DNA of 64,000 nt from Selaginella moellendorffii (taxonomy: Eukaryota; Plantae; Lycopodiophyta). Made by a program: the position numbers and the translations under genes. Positions 48,995-62,034 of the stretch are shown here, in pieces (the first letter of the stretch is position 1; each line of letters opens with the position of its first letter). The notes under the pieces are model-generated. The model was not told where the DNA came from, made no database searches, and saw nothing but the letters and a program-made list of their open reading frames with translations. The DNA is taken from contig NW_003314271.1 in assembly GCF_000143415.4 (NCBI RefSeq), positions 2,733,729-2,797,728 of the forward strand, written 5' to 3'.

Positions 48995-49078
48995 ACGGAA
49001 AAGGTAGCGGTTGAGCTTGGCGAGGGTCCAGCGCTTCCGTTGCTCTCGCAGCACCGCCTCAAACGATTCCCGCGGCAT
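48995..49078 (-). pseudogene. N-terminal fragment of the Uma2-like family
   Basis: MPRESFEAV...KRWTLAKLNRYL vs MPRGFEAV...KRWTVAKLNRYL in 47294. Confidence 0.6.
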
Positions 49079-49365
49079 CTCTATATTCCTAAGTTTAGCT
49101 GGAGCTGCCAAGCTCAAATGTTGAACAACTTTACAAGTAAATCTTGTGCGTATGCGAGTACGGAGACTGGGCAGCAGCGCGGCCACATCTTATTCTTGAC
49201 CGGGGACGATATGCCACTGTGGTGTGCACGCGGGCTACAGGACAGCCTTCTTCCACAAGAAGAGCGCCATGGATGGGTGCCTCAGCCTGAGCAGTAAACC
49301 CCCCCATGTCCGGAGGGCCGTTGGCATGGCTTCAAGCGCTCCAGGGGCGTCCAGAGATTGAGTTT

Positions 49366-51025
49366 CTAGTTCAAGTCTAATTTGAGCAGCTCCTTGTCAT
49401 GAACTGGAAGGATAGGGTGACAAGCCTGAACACCTTGGGGCCAGTTAATGTTTGGGTTGAGAAAGATTGGGTAGCGAACATCCCCTGAAGTGCCGGCCCA
49501 GTCGAAATCCACAAATGCAACCTTCAAACTGTTTAAATTGAACAAGATGTTTCTCTTCCGGAGGTCCCCATGAACGTGATAAGGGTAAAGCTCGTGAATG
49601 CTCTGATAAGCTTTCACCACAGCCTGCCTGCAATTTTCCCATGAAGACGGATCCAATGCGTGCTCACGGTTGAAAGGTCCAGGCTCCAGCCGATTTAAAG
49701 GAATCCAGCCAGCGTTGGGAGAGTAATACTCCATGCTGATAGCCTTCCATCCGTTTACCAACGTCTGAATGGTGAATGTAGGAGCAAAACCAGCATCACT
49801 CCAGGCCTTGTGCACATCCGCGCCATATCTCTGAGAAAACTTCATCAAGCGTTCCTCGCCGGTTGAATATTTTAGTAGAAAAATGAGCCGCTTCTCTGTC
49901 CTCTGATATACTTGCCTCGTAAACTGAGACACTTCAAGCCCAGGATGCCGCTGCTTTTCTGCAATTAAGAGACTCGGCCACCAAGCCTCAACAGCTCGCT
50001 CTGTGTAAGCTTGAGTTGGTTGCAAAGGCGCCAGAGCTGCATAGAACGCCGAAATGGACACAATAGCTGGTGGGAATGCCACAATAGCTCTTGCGAGCCT
50101 CGTTAGATACTCGTCGTCCTGGAGAAACTTGAGCATATGAAGGTAAGGAGTGAATGGTTCGTATCCCGGGCTGTCATGAAATATGGCACCTCCAACTCTG
50201 ATCGTTGGCCCAACAACTTCTAAAATCAACACTGGTAAACATGACGTCCAGTAGCTCCAGTGCATGTCACGCATCCTTGATGTGGCATGCGAGCCATAAT
50301 GCTTAAGTGACTCGACGCAGGGCTCCCCTCCCAGCCCCACTTCATTTTTCACTACTACGATGCCCACGGTGATCCACTCACCACCAACAAGTGCTTGAAT
50401 CAGTATATCTGGCTCTCTGGACGACGTCAACTTGAACTTCCCAGGCCAATTCTGCTCAAAGAAAAGCTTCCAGCATTGCAGTAGTTCGGCTTGTCGGTCC
50501 ACGTCCTGGTCGAAGTAGCCGCTCATAGCCATCATCCGAGAAAGAAACGTCCAGTCTTTGACGTCCAAACGGTGAGAATCCAAAGCCTGCACATATCCCG
50601 CGAATGCTTCGTGTGCCAGGACCAATGGCATCGGCGCAGAGTTTCGACCCAAGTCATACACAGGATCATGTTTTCCCAGCTGCTTCTTCATTTCAGCAAC
50701 GTCCTTTGCAAAGGCGGATGCCGATGGGAGGCCATCATGCTCATCAAACCACGACGGCTCTCTAGGACGCTTCTGAACAGAGTTACAGAAAATTCATTAA
50801 GCGCGGGCCTAAGATCAACAAATATCAACATACCTCAACCAAGACGACAACATCTCCGGGAACAAGTACTGTCGGAGGCGGAACCCTCAACTGAGTGGAT
50901 TCTCTAATGAGATGACCCCTGTAGCCACTCTCCCGGAGCTCTTCTAGGATCACCTTCACCGTGATCGGCGCCTCAAAGCGCTCGATCACTTGCCCTTGCT
51001 GCTGCTTCACAACGACGCCATCCAT
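49366..51025 (-). CDS. Crinkler/CR-like protein: short N-terminal header + REase-fold domain + fungal-type protein kinase (~532 aa; exons 51025-50834 and 50772-49366)
   Basis: Phase-0 GT-AG intron joins MDGVVVKQ...VVLVE to KRPREPS...MKKQ; motifs EPD...VKNEVGLGG, CLPVLILEVVGP, MKF..RYG..VH, MEY, HGDLRKRN, DFDWAG, RYP..LN..INWP. Confidence 0.75.
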
Positions 51026-51225
51026 CCTAGCCTGGAGAAGTGAGAATTCTAGACCCTCCGCCTCAGGATGGGCTTATCTTAGGGAGTGTTCTTGGGCCAC
51101 TATGATCTACTTACTCCCTAGAAAATCAAAACCCTAGAGTGGATCTATGCGAGGTGGTAGCTCTATATCTGAGTGAGCGCTAAATGTGAGAGAAGTTTTG
51201 TTTTTAAGGTTTAGGGTTCTTAGCG

Positions 51226-53893
51226 ATGGAGTCTTTGCCAGTTTGCAAATACGGTGCGGCGTGCTACCGCAAGAATCCCGAGCATTGGCAGCAGTTCTCG
51301 CATCCTCCATCCCCTTCCTCGGACAAGACTTTTGCCGATCAATCGCAGGAGCAAGGTATGGAATGACGCACGAGAAATTTTGTGACGGTTTTCTTGTTTT
51401 TCTAGTCTAGCCCCGGCCATCATCGAGGGCAGCGCTTCGTGCGAGCCAAATCTGGTGGTAGTGGTGCTGGTCGGGGTTCCAGGGAGTGGAAAAAGCCGGT
51501 TTTGTTCCAGCGTCATCGAGAATGCTTCACAGACTTGGACCAGGATTTGTCAGGTATGAGCTTTTCCTCTCTTTTTTCGCTGTTTGATTGTTTGAGAGGA
51601 GTGAGAGTGAGATTTGGCATGTATGATTGTCTAGATGGAGCGTTCCCAATGAACGGGCCCTTCTTCAAATGCAGGATATCATCGCCAATGGGAAGCGAGG
51701 GACGAAAGCTCAGTGTATCAAACAAGCCACCATCGCCCTCAATTCCTCCAGCAGCGTCTTCATCGATCGAACCAATCTCAACCGCGAGCAGCGGCTGGAA
51801 TTCATCGAGTTTGCGAAGAAACACGGTGTGGAGGCCCATGGCGTGGTGCTCAACTTACCGGTTGGGACGTGTATCACTCGGGCCATGAATCGGACTTCTC
51901 ACGAGGGGGGACTGGAAGGAAAGAAGGTCGGGGCTGTTATTCAAAGGATGGCTCACGGTGTGGAGCTTCCAGCACTGGAGGAAGGATTCAGCAGAATCAC
52001 GGTGTGTAGAACAGATGGTGACGCCGACGAATGTATCGCGACGTACAGATCTTTGAGCTCGTCATCAAAGCTGCCAACGGGAGTTTTTGATCGAAATTCC
52101 AGCAGCACGACGAAGGGATCGCTGGAACAGTTTCTAAACAAGCCGGGTGGTGGTCAGAAAAAGGCGGGCCAAGCAAGCAGCAGTGCTGCGAGCACGAAGA
52201 AAGCAGTGGAAAGCGCTGCTCCAGAACTTAAAGATGGTGATGGATCGATGCCGCAAGCTTCTGAAGAAAGCTGCGCAACTCTTGCGTTTCCGTCAATCTC
52301 TACAGCAGATTTCCGCTTTGATCACGAGAAAGCTGCAAATATCATTGTTGAGACAGTGTCAGAGTTCTTCAGCCGTGCGGAGAGCAGTGGTTTGAGGCTG
52401 GTGCTGGTGGATATAGACCAAGGGTCGGACATGCTCTCCCGTGTTCGAAGCAGGGCCGAGTCCGCCGGCTTGGACAGCCGGAAGTTCTTAGTGACCCATG
52501 GAGACATCACAAAGCTCCATTCCACCGGAGGCCCTCGTTGCTCAGTCATTGCTAACGCCGCAAACTGGTGAGATCAACTTCTTGGATGTTTTTTCTTCTC
52601 TTTCTGCTGAGCGCACATCTTTTTGTTTCAGGCGCCTCAAGGGTGGTGGTGGCGGCGTGAATCTTGCAATCTACAGAGCTGCTGGTGACGATTTTGAGGA
52701 AGCAACGAAAAAATATGCGAAAACTTTGGATCCAGGAAAGGTGGTGGCCGTTCCACTGCCTGCCTCGTCTCCTCTACGCACGAAGGAAGGGGTAACTCAC
52801 GTCATTCACGTCCTTGGGCCCAACATGAACCCACAGAGGCCAAACTGCATCGCCGACGACTACTCCCAGGGCTGTAGGCTGCTGCGACAATGTTACGCTG
52901 CTCTCTTCTCGACTTTCGCGTCCATTGCAAAAGGCCAAGTTTCCAAAGCCAAAGTAACTGCGTCTCCTGCCAGCAACAGCAGCTCCCCTGGTGGCAAACC
53001 ACGCGACGCGTTTGCTGTGATGATGCAAGCTTCGAAGCGGAAAAATGGTAACGATGATTCTCCAGGTTCTTCGAAGAAGGGTAAGGCTGAGGTGGGAAAA
53101 GTTACAGGGGAAGAAGGCAACCCCGCGAGCGGAACTGGAACTCTAAAGGCAGCGGTCGAAGAAAAAGCCGCTACCAAGAAGCCAGTGAACTGGCCTGCGT
53201 GGGCTCAAGCTCTGCACGACGTAGCGTTTCATCCTGAGAAGCACAGCAATGTGGTACTGGAGGTGACCGACGATTGTGTTGTTCTGCCTGATCTCTACGC
53301 AAAGGTTCGCTGCTTCAAAAGTTCGTTGTAGTTCCTAACTGAAATGTCGATTGGTGTGCAGGCAAAGAAGCATCTTCTAGTGGTGTCGCGAAAGGCTGGA
53401 TTGGACTCCATAGCCGACGTTACTAAGGAGCACCTTCCGCTCCTCCGCGAGATGCATGCTGTTGGCGAGCGCTGGGCTAAGAAACTCGTGGAAGAAGACA
53501 ACTCTCTCGTTTTCCGGCTTGGCTACCACTCGGTAAGATACTCCAAAGCTCGTGTCTCCTCAGGAACTTAGCTTGGATCCACAGGTACCATCAATGCGGC
53601 AGGTCCATCTTCACGTCATCAGCCAGGACTTCAACTCCCCGGGGCTCAAGAACAAGAAGCATTGGAACTCGTTCACGACGAGCTTCTTCCGGGACTCGCG
53701 GGACGTGATCGCGGAGCTAGAGAGCCGCGGGAAGCTCGAGGAGTGCACGGAGGAGATGGAAAAGAGGCTGCTGGATTCCGAGCTGCGCTGCCATCGCTGC
53801 CGTTGCGTCCAGCCAAACATTCCGCGCTTAAAGGCCCATGTTTGCTCGTGCTCCAAGCCATTGCTTCTCAAGTCTCTCATCTCTTCGCCTTAG
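51226..53893 (+). CDS. APTX: Aprataxin-like DNA repair protein (PBZ finger + AAA_33 P-loop + macro domain + HIT + zinc finger; plant APTX/'bHLH140' type)
   Basis: CKYGAACYRKNPEHWQQFSH; LVGVPGSGKS; FPSISTADF, GDIT, IANAANW|RLKGGGGGVN, HVLGPNMNP; DLYAK|AKKHLLV, LGYHS|VPSMRQVHLHVISQDF, KHWNSF, CHRC. Confidence 0.92.
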
Positions 53894-54075
53894 TACTCTT
53901 TTCCCGCGGGATTTTTAATGTTTCTAGCAGGATCGTCCTCTATGTTTGACTAAAAGTCAAATGTAGTCAATGGTAGCCAGAGTGACTATGTTGACTTTTA
54001 TTGAGTTTTCGTTGACGTTTTGAACTTCACTTTGAAAACAAAGAAGATATACAAGTAATAGCACTGAATGTAACT

Positions 54076-54859
54076 TCATCTAGTAGTATGGAATTCAGAT
54101 TCGATGGCATAAAGATCAAACGTGAAGTAGTCACCACAGTGATTCCGAATGGCGTTGGGATCGTCGCCAGCACCCTCGAGCACCTTGGTGGTATCAACCT
54201 TAATCTGGTAGCTTGGAATGCCCTCTCTACCACACTCAATCCCACCATGCCCGACCCCGCCCAGCTCAATCCCTTACTCTTCCAGCCACCCCACAGTCAC
54301 GAGATTCAGCGCCTCCTCCCCAAACGAGATGGCAGTCCTGGCAGTGACGCTGCTACCATCGCCTTCATCTCGCTCGAAAAACACCGCAACCAGCTGCCTC
54401 ATCTGCGACTTGACGTAGCACTTGAGCGCCACGAAGATCTGGACCTTGGAGCCGGGGCTATGGAAGTAGGCGTCCTTGTAGGAGAGGAGCTCGGGCAGCG
54501 TCTGGCATCGAGGATGAATCGCGGGCATGGGCGAGTGTTCAAGTAGTTTCCACCGTCGGGCTCAAGCTGGTAGAGATTCTCATGGTGGGCTTGGACGGTC
54601 ACGTACTTGATGCTTCCAGGAGGATAGGCGAATCGCTTACGCTGCACCGTCCACACCCACGGCGCCGGTCGCTCCATCCGCCTGCTCACGTACGCCGCGA
54701 CGAAGGATTGGTGCTTGCGCTCCACCGCGATCACCCTGTCGTGGCGCACGACACACGACGCCGCTAGCTTCCATCGCTCGCGGTAGACCAGGAATTTCTC
54801 TAGCCCTTACTGACGGTGCACTCTTCGCGCGCTATGCAGCAAACGATTTTTCGCGGCAT
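54076..54859 (-). pseudogene. Frameshifted paralog of the Uma2-like gene
   Basis: VIAVERKHQSFVAAYV...QLEPDGG..TRPCPRFILD / CQTLPELLSYKDAYF..KVQIFVALKCY...AISFGEEAL. Confidence 0.75.
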
Positions 54860-55091
54860 CGGGCGGAACCCTAAAAGCCCAGGGTTTCAAATTTAGAAGA
54901 ATATCCTAACAAACAGAATATACAGCGTTGGGTTTAAGATTTAGCAGAATAAACTGATTAAAGAATATGCTTTATGCACGGCGGGGATTAGCAGTACGTC
55001 TAGAATATACCTGGCTAAATCTCTAGGTTTCTTCGCTTGTTTTGTGGAAGACGAGCGAGCGAGCGATCGATCGATCCAGTCCGCGGTAGCT

Positions 55092-56518
<1,427 letters not shown>

Positions 56519-56667
56519 GCGACGATGGATTGAATTACCAGTGCAGTTTTGATAACTCTAGAGATTGAAATAACTGAGAACTTCTCTCTAATTGCTGTGT
56601 ACCTTTCTGGAGAAAAATAACTTCTCTTCATAACGATTTTTTTCTTTGCTTGGCATTTATGCTTTGG

Positions 56668-59307
56668 TCAGGAAAATTCCATCTCACAAACTAACGCTAT
56701 GTGGTCACTCCCCCATTTCTGATTCAGAAGAAGTTAGCAATGAAGCTATGAAAGTTCCAGCTAAAGTTTTTTACCTGGGAAGGAAGGCCTCCCGTATGAC
56801 GAAGAACATCCACAGAAAGCATGTCTACGACTCTCAAAGGCCGGAGTCGTTCGGTGTGCCTGGAGCAAAAAGAACATTACAAAAGGATATATTTTTGGAA
56901 CAGTGGCCATACCAGATGTAATCCACAGTCCCCTTGAACTTCTTATGGTAAGTCGTCACTAGAGGCTCCCCTTGCGAGTCCCTGCTTCCAGCCTTTCCCT
57001 GTCACAAGATCTAGTAACTTGCGAGCGAGAAACGAAAGGAAAGAACTTACCTCGATCTCCGAATAGGCACTGCTCAGCTTTAAGTCGTGGACCACCTTGG
57101 TAGACGATGAAGTGCCCGTGGCATTCACTAGCTCCTCGACTGTCCATCCCGATGGTAGCTCCACACGGTCGGGCGAGTTGGTTTCATCGTCCCCCAGCCC
57201 TTTTTCTTGTGTTGGAGTTCCCTCTTCAGTGTCCCAAGGCTCTTCAAAGTGGACCTCCTTGCTGGATGTTTGGAGAACTTCTTCCTCCGCAGCTTCAAAA
57301 CTCTTCTGGACAACTAAATTGTCCGTCACTGTCTTGATAACCATGAGCTCACTGGAGCTACTCGCCGGTAGTTTTTCAGCGTTCGCCTCGTCTTCTTCTT
57401 CCTGTGCAGCAGCGGTTGCTGTAGCAATCCCCAAAGTGGCAACTTCTTCTATGATCATGCCATCTTCGTTATGTACTGACGTGGTTTCCACATTGATCCT
57501 GGAAAATCCAGCTGAGGAAGGATTGTGGCCTCTGATCCATGGTTTCGAGAAAGGATTCCGATAATAGCCACCTTCTCCATCAGCTATCTGTCCGGAGATT
57601 GATCGCCTATCTAGGGAAGAAACATCAAGCTGCAGACGAGCTTTTAAGATTCACTTGGAAAACGTTGAATGAATACCTCTGCTGTGGAGATGTAGCGATA
57701 GAGTGGGCTCTGGAAGAAAAGAAATGAGCGATAAAACCAGGTAAGCTTTTGATTGTGTACTCACCGATGGTGTACTATTGAAGTCCCCGGCCACAATAAC
57801 TTGCGCGCCACCCCAGCTCGAAGACAACTCCTGAGCTGTATTAAGAAGCGTTCGCACCTGGAAAAAGGAACGAGTCAAGAAGAAAACCAAAATCAAATCT
57901 TGCCTGGCCAAGTTTAATGTCCCCACGTTTTGGATTGAAAAGAATATGAGTATTTGCCACAACCAAAACCTGATTTTCTATGCTAGATACATCTCCCTCG
58001 AGGGCTGCTTCTCTTGTACTCTAAAAAACAAGTCGTCAATCCTCCTCTAGGACAAAATGAACAGGAGATTCATACCCGCAAAACACATATCTGTCCTATG
58101 TTGTCCCGTAAACCATAGTCCTTGAAATCGATGCTTTCCTCTTCCAGTAGTAGGAACCTGATTGCAGCTCGTAACTCTTGACGACGAAGAAATGCGAAAT
58201 GCGAAATTGCGAACCTTTTCTCTCTCCAAAAGATCGCACACCCGTCCGTGGCAGTGCCAGTTCGACGCTGTAAAAACAATGGTTTCGGTACAAAAGAAGG
58301 GGAAACATAACATCCAGTAACCTTGAACGTCCCGGCATATCCTCTCTTCACTAGCTCGCCTTGCAAATCTGCAAAGCGATCGACCTCCTGAAAACATCAT
58401 CAGTATAAACATGCTACAAGCAAAAAAACAAAACAAAGCTTTTTTAACAGTACCTGTAAACAAAGAATGTCCGGTGACCAGTACTCGATTTCTTGCACCA
58501 AGCGCACTTTTCTCCAGTCCCATTTCACATAGCGCATTGGGATGTGATAGTAGAGCTCACGATAATGCTCCCGAGCATTGTCGGCGGCTAGAATGTTGTA
58601 CGAGAGAAACATGAACCTTTCTGGAAGGAAAAAGATCCAAAAAAATGAGAAAAGAAAGGGAGAGAAAGAACAACGAAAGAATTACCTCGAAAGGAGCTTG
58701 GTTGAGCTTTAGAATGGAGCCAGCGTCGAGTATCATCCTGCCTCACAAACCTCCCACCTTGCCAATTCCTATTGTCTCTTTGGTTCCACGACCTGTTGGG
58801 TTGAAAGGCCGCCCTTGCTCCAGTTCCAGGCCCTTGAGAAGTCCTGCGCGTTCCATCGCCAATGTATCGGGGGCTGTTTAGCGGCGCCTGTGGAAACTCG
58901 CGAGGAAAATCGTGCCAGCTCTGGTTTTGATTCCTCCACTGCTGCTGCTGCTGCTGGTACTGCTGCTGCCGCTGGTACTGCTGCCAGAATGGATGATTCG
59001 CATTCCTCCACTCGGATTGCTGTTGCTGCTGCTGCTGCCACATTGCTGCGGGATTCGCCGCCAAACCCTCTTCCAAGATAGACGATTCTTCCCCAACGCT
59101 AGATTCCAAGAGCCCTAGCGACGGATCGCCGGTCGGAGCCGCGACGCCATGGCAACTGCGAGATCCTGGCTTGGAAAGAAGGCGCAAATTGGAGCTAGCG
59201 AAAGCGAATGGCGTGGAGCGTACCTTGAGCGCGGGCGCTGCGGTGGACGATGGGCGGCCTAGTGCAGAGAGACTAGATAGAGGCGCCCCCGTCCTCTTCC
59301 ACACCAT
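56668..59307 (-). CDS. CCR4-like EEP (endonuclease/exonuclease/phosphatase) protein, CCR4 homolog 3/6 or Angel-like; start may instead be the ATG at 59043
   Basis: LSYNILAADNA, PDILCLQ|E, RRTGTATDGCAIFW, ANTHILFNPKRGDIKLGQ, AGDFNSTP, GTVDYIW, KWGSDHIAL; Q-rich N-terminal region. Confidence 0.9.
58938..59040 (-). repeat. CAG-rich polyglutamine-coding tract
   Basis: (CTG)n runs on + strand; QQQQQQQ...QQQYQQQQQQ. Confidence 0.85.
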
Positions 59308-59457
59308 AGCCCACGGCTAGCCCTAAGCCCCATTCCCCCAATTATTAGGGCAAAGGGTTTTGGGTTTTGCCACGTATGACGCATTGCCAACGTGGCAGCC
59401 ACATAGGCATATGACGAATTATTAAAATCGCACAGTCAATGTCTATACAAAGATTTT

Positions 59458-61084
59458 TCACACGGCATTTGCGTCGAGCACGCATCTCAAACACTTATCA
59501 GAGTCACAGCGTCGTTAACTTTGGCCAATGGAAGCTTGTGTGTAATAAAGTCATCGAGGTTTAGCTCCTAGATCGATCAAATGAATAATCACCCCAAACC
59601 ATGTAAACCATATAAACGATCAAATGTTACCTTGTTCATGTACTTTTCCACTAGTTGATTGAGCTCCGACCTTCCTTTGTAGCCCCAAACCAAGTTCCCG
59701 TGAGCCAGCGTCCAAAGAGGAAATTTTTGGGACTCACGGTCAGGACTTTGGTGCTTTCGTCTAAACCCGCCTCAACAGTGACTCCCCAGCCCTGTTATAG
59801 ACAAAAACGATAGAAATCTACGTAGGATCTACTAACATCTCTGCAAATTCACCTCATGACCGCTCTCCACAGCATCATGAATGATATTCACATTTCCAAC
59901 GCACTCGATGGTGTAATCAGCTCCTCCATTAGTCATTTCTCGAATCACCTTAAAAGTTTTGATGAGCTTTTTGTAGCGAGAAAGACATATAGGTTAACGC
60001 AAATTACCTCTTGCACTGGTTTGTCATGGTCTTTTGGATTGATCACATCCGTCAAGCCAAACTTCGCCTTTCCTATATAGCAAGGTGAAAAAACAATCTG
60101 CAATACCTTCTTCCAGCTTTGAAGGATTTATATCTATGCCAATAATCCGCGAATCTTAGCACCTTGTGCAGCCTACACGAGAAAACCATGACTCGTTTGA
60201 AAACCAAAGCAAAAGAAGGCCTGGAAAATGACCATTCACTTACAGCAAATCCAATAGTTCCAAGAACAAAGATTGCTACTGTGGATCCTCTCCACTTTCG
60301 CAGCTTTTGTCGCAGCACCAACACCTGAAAGAAAAAAATAAAATAAAAATCTAAGAAACAAAAGCTAAAACTTCCAAGAGTTACCTGTAGTGACACCACA
60401 GCTGAGCAGACAAATCTTCTCGAGAGGAGCATCCTTATTTACAACACAAATGCAAGCTTGATCCACAACAGTGTACTGACTAAAGGTTGAAGTTCCCAAA
60501 AAAGTGGTATATGGTCTTGCCATCCTCTGTAAGAAATCTGCTCTTACCGTCGCTCACCATCACCCCTCTCTCCGGATCGATTCCATACTTTTGGCAAACG
60601 TTGGTCTTTCCGGATTTGCAGTAGTCACACTCTTTGCACTCTCCTGTGAACAGAGTGAGTGCGTGATCTCCTGGTTGAACACCCTTCACATCGTTGCCTA
60701 TGCTCTCAACGATTCTAGACCAAAAAAAAACCCTCCAAGTTCCAGGAAATCTCAAGAGTTTCGACAGAGTAGACTCACCCAGCTGCTTCGGGACCGAAAA
60801 TGCGAGGGAATATGTTGCCCTGACTGAGAAGAGGCAAGATCAAGACAAGAAAAAAAGGAGGAGAAAAGGAAACTTAGCTTACATTCTTCCAGAGGGTGAT
60901 GTCTGTGCGGCACAGAGAGGTGTGGACGATTTTAAGACGAACTTCGGTCGATCCCGGCGGCGCAACCTGGATCTCTCGATGACCATCGGCTTCCCAGCTG
61001 GAAAGGAAAGAAGAGTGTTAAGGGTCAAAACAGAAATGGAAGACCGTTACTGTAGCAAGCGATCATCTTTCCTTCGCTTTCCAT
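59458..61084 (-). pseudogene. Alcohol dehydrogenase pseudogene, paralog of 10186-12015
   Basis: Same exon layout (MESEGKMIAC|, SLCRTD, CKECDYCKSGKTNVC, KCLRCVL) with several frameshifts and G->V in the nucleotide-binding motif. Confidence 0.88.
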
Positions 61085-62034
61085 GGCGTGCTTTATTTCG
61101 AATGAACAGAACGAAGAACTTTTTTGATAGAGCCACCATGACTCATTTAACAGGCTTAGAAACCATAGTTGCCAAAAACCCTAATCTGATTTTAATACTA
61201 ATGTCAGCCTTAGATCCCCCTTAAAGCCTTAAATCAATTTTGGAGAAAATGAAATAAAATTATAGTTATAAGAATTTACTACTATTAATGATTTGATTTT
61301 TTTTGTAAAATGCATTTTGATTTTCCCTTGTTTTAGGTATGGCTGAAAATCCAATAGTGAGTAATGTTGCAATAGAGATTGTGAGATATCAAGAGAGAGA
61401 GTTATTATTAGAAATGAAGTCACTAATAGAGAAAAAATCCTTATATGTTTTCTTTGGGATTCATTTTGATCAGGTTAGAATGTTACAAAAAAGGCTTAAG
61501 GTAAAGGGTCATTTTGTTGTGATGCCATAACGGTAGAAGGTCAATATTGGTGGACCCATTATCAATTCCCACTTGAGCTAGTTGAGAAACTAGTCAATGG
61601 CCATGCACTTAAATTGAATAAATATAAGGTAAGAACCCTTTGTATTGCTTGCTGAGCATATTCGGTTTAGTTTGAGAAACTTGTATCATTGGCTTGCACT
61701 TGCTAGTATCAAAAACCCTCACGATATTGAATTTGGTTCCTTAATATTTGCTAAATGATAGCTTACTGTGTCTCCTAAACACCTTTGCTATCATGCCTTT
61801 TGTGTTAGTCTCATTCTTGTCCCAAATACTATTTATGGAAAGTGTCTAGATTTGCTTATTTGACATATTTATAGAATGTAGAGATTCTCTTGAACATAGT
61901 GGTATTCGTCCTATGTCCAAATTTGCAATCTAGGAACATTCCATATTTAGTAAATTTTGAGTTTGTTCCAGAAACTAACTCTTGGTACTAAAGGAGGCTT
62001 GGGGTGAAAGCCCAAAGCGTGTGTTCCTTAGGGA

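Noticed and set aside
61230-62030. AT-rich short ORFs
   Set aside because: Stop-riddled and probably decayed repeat DNA; no domain could be supported
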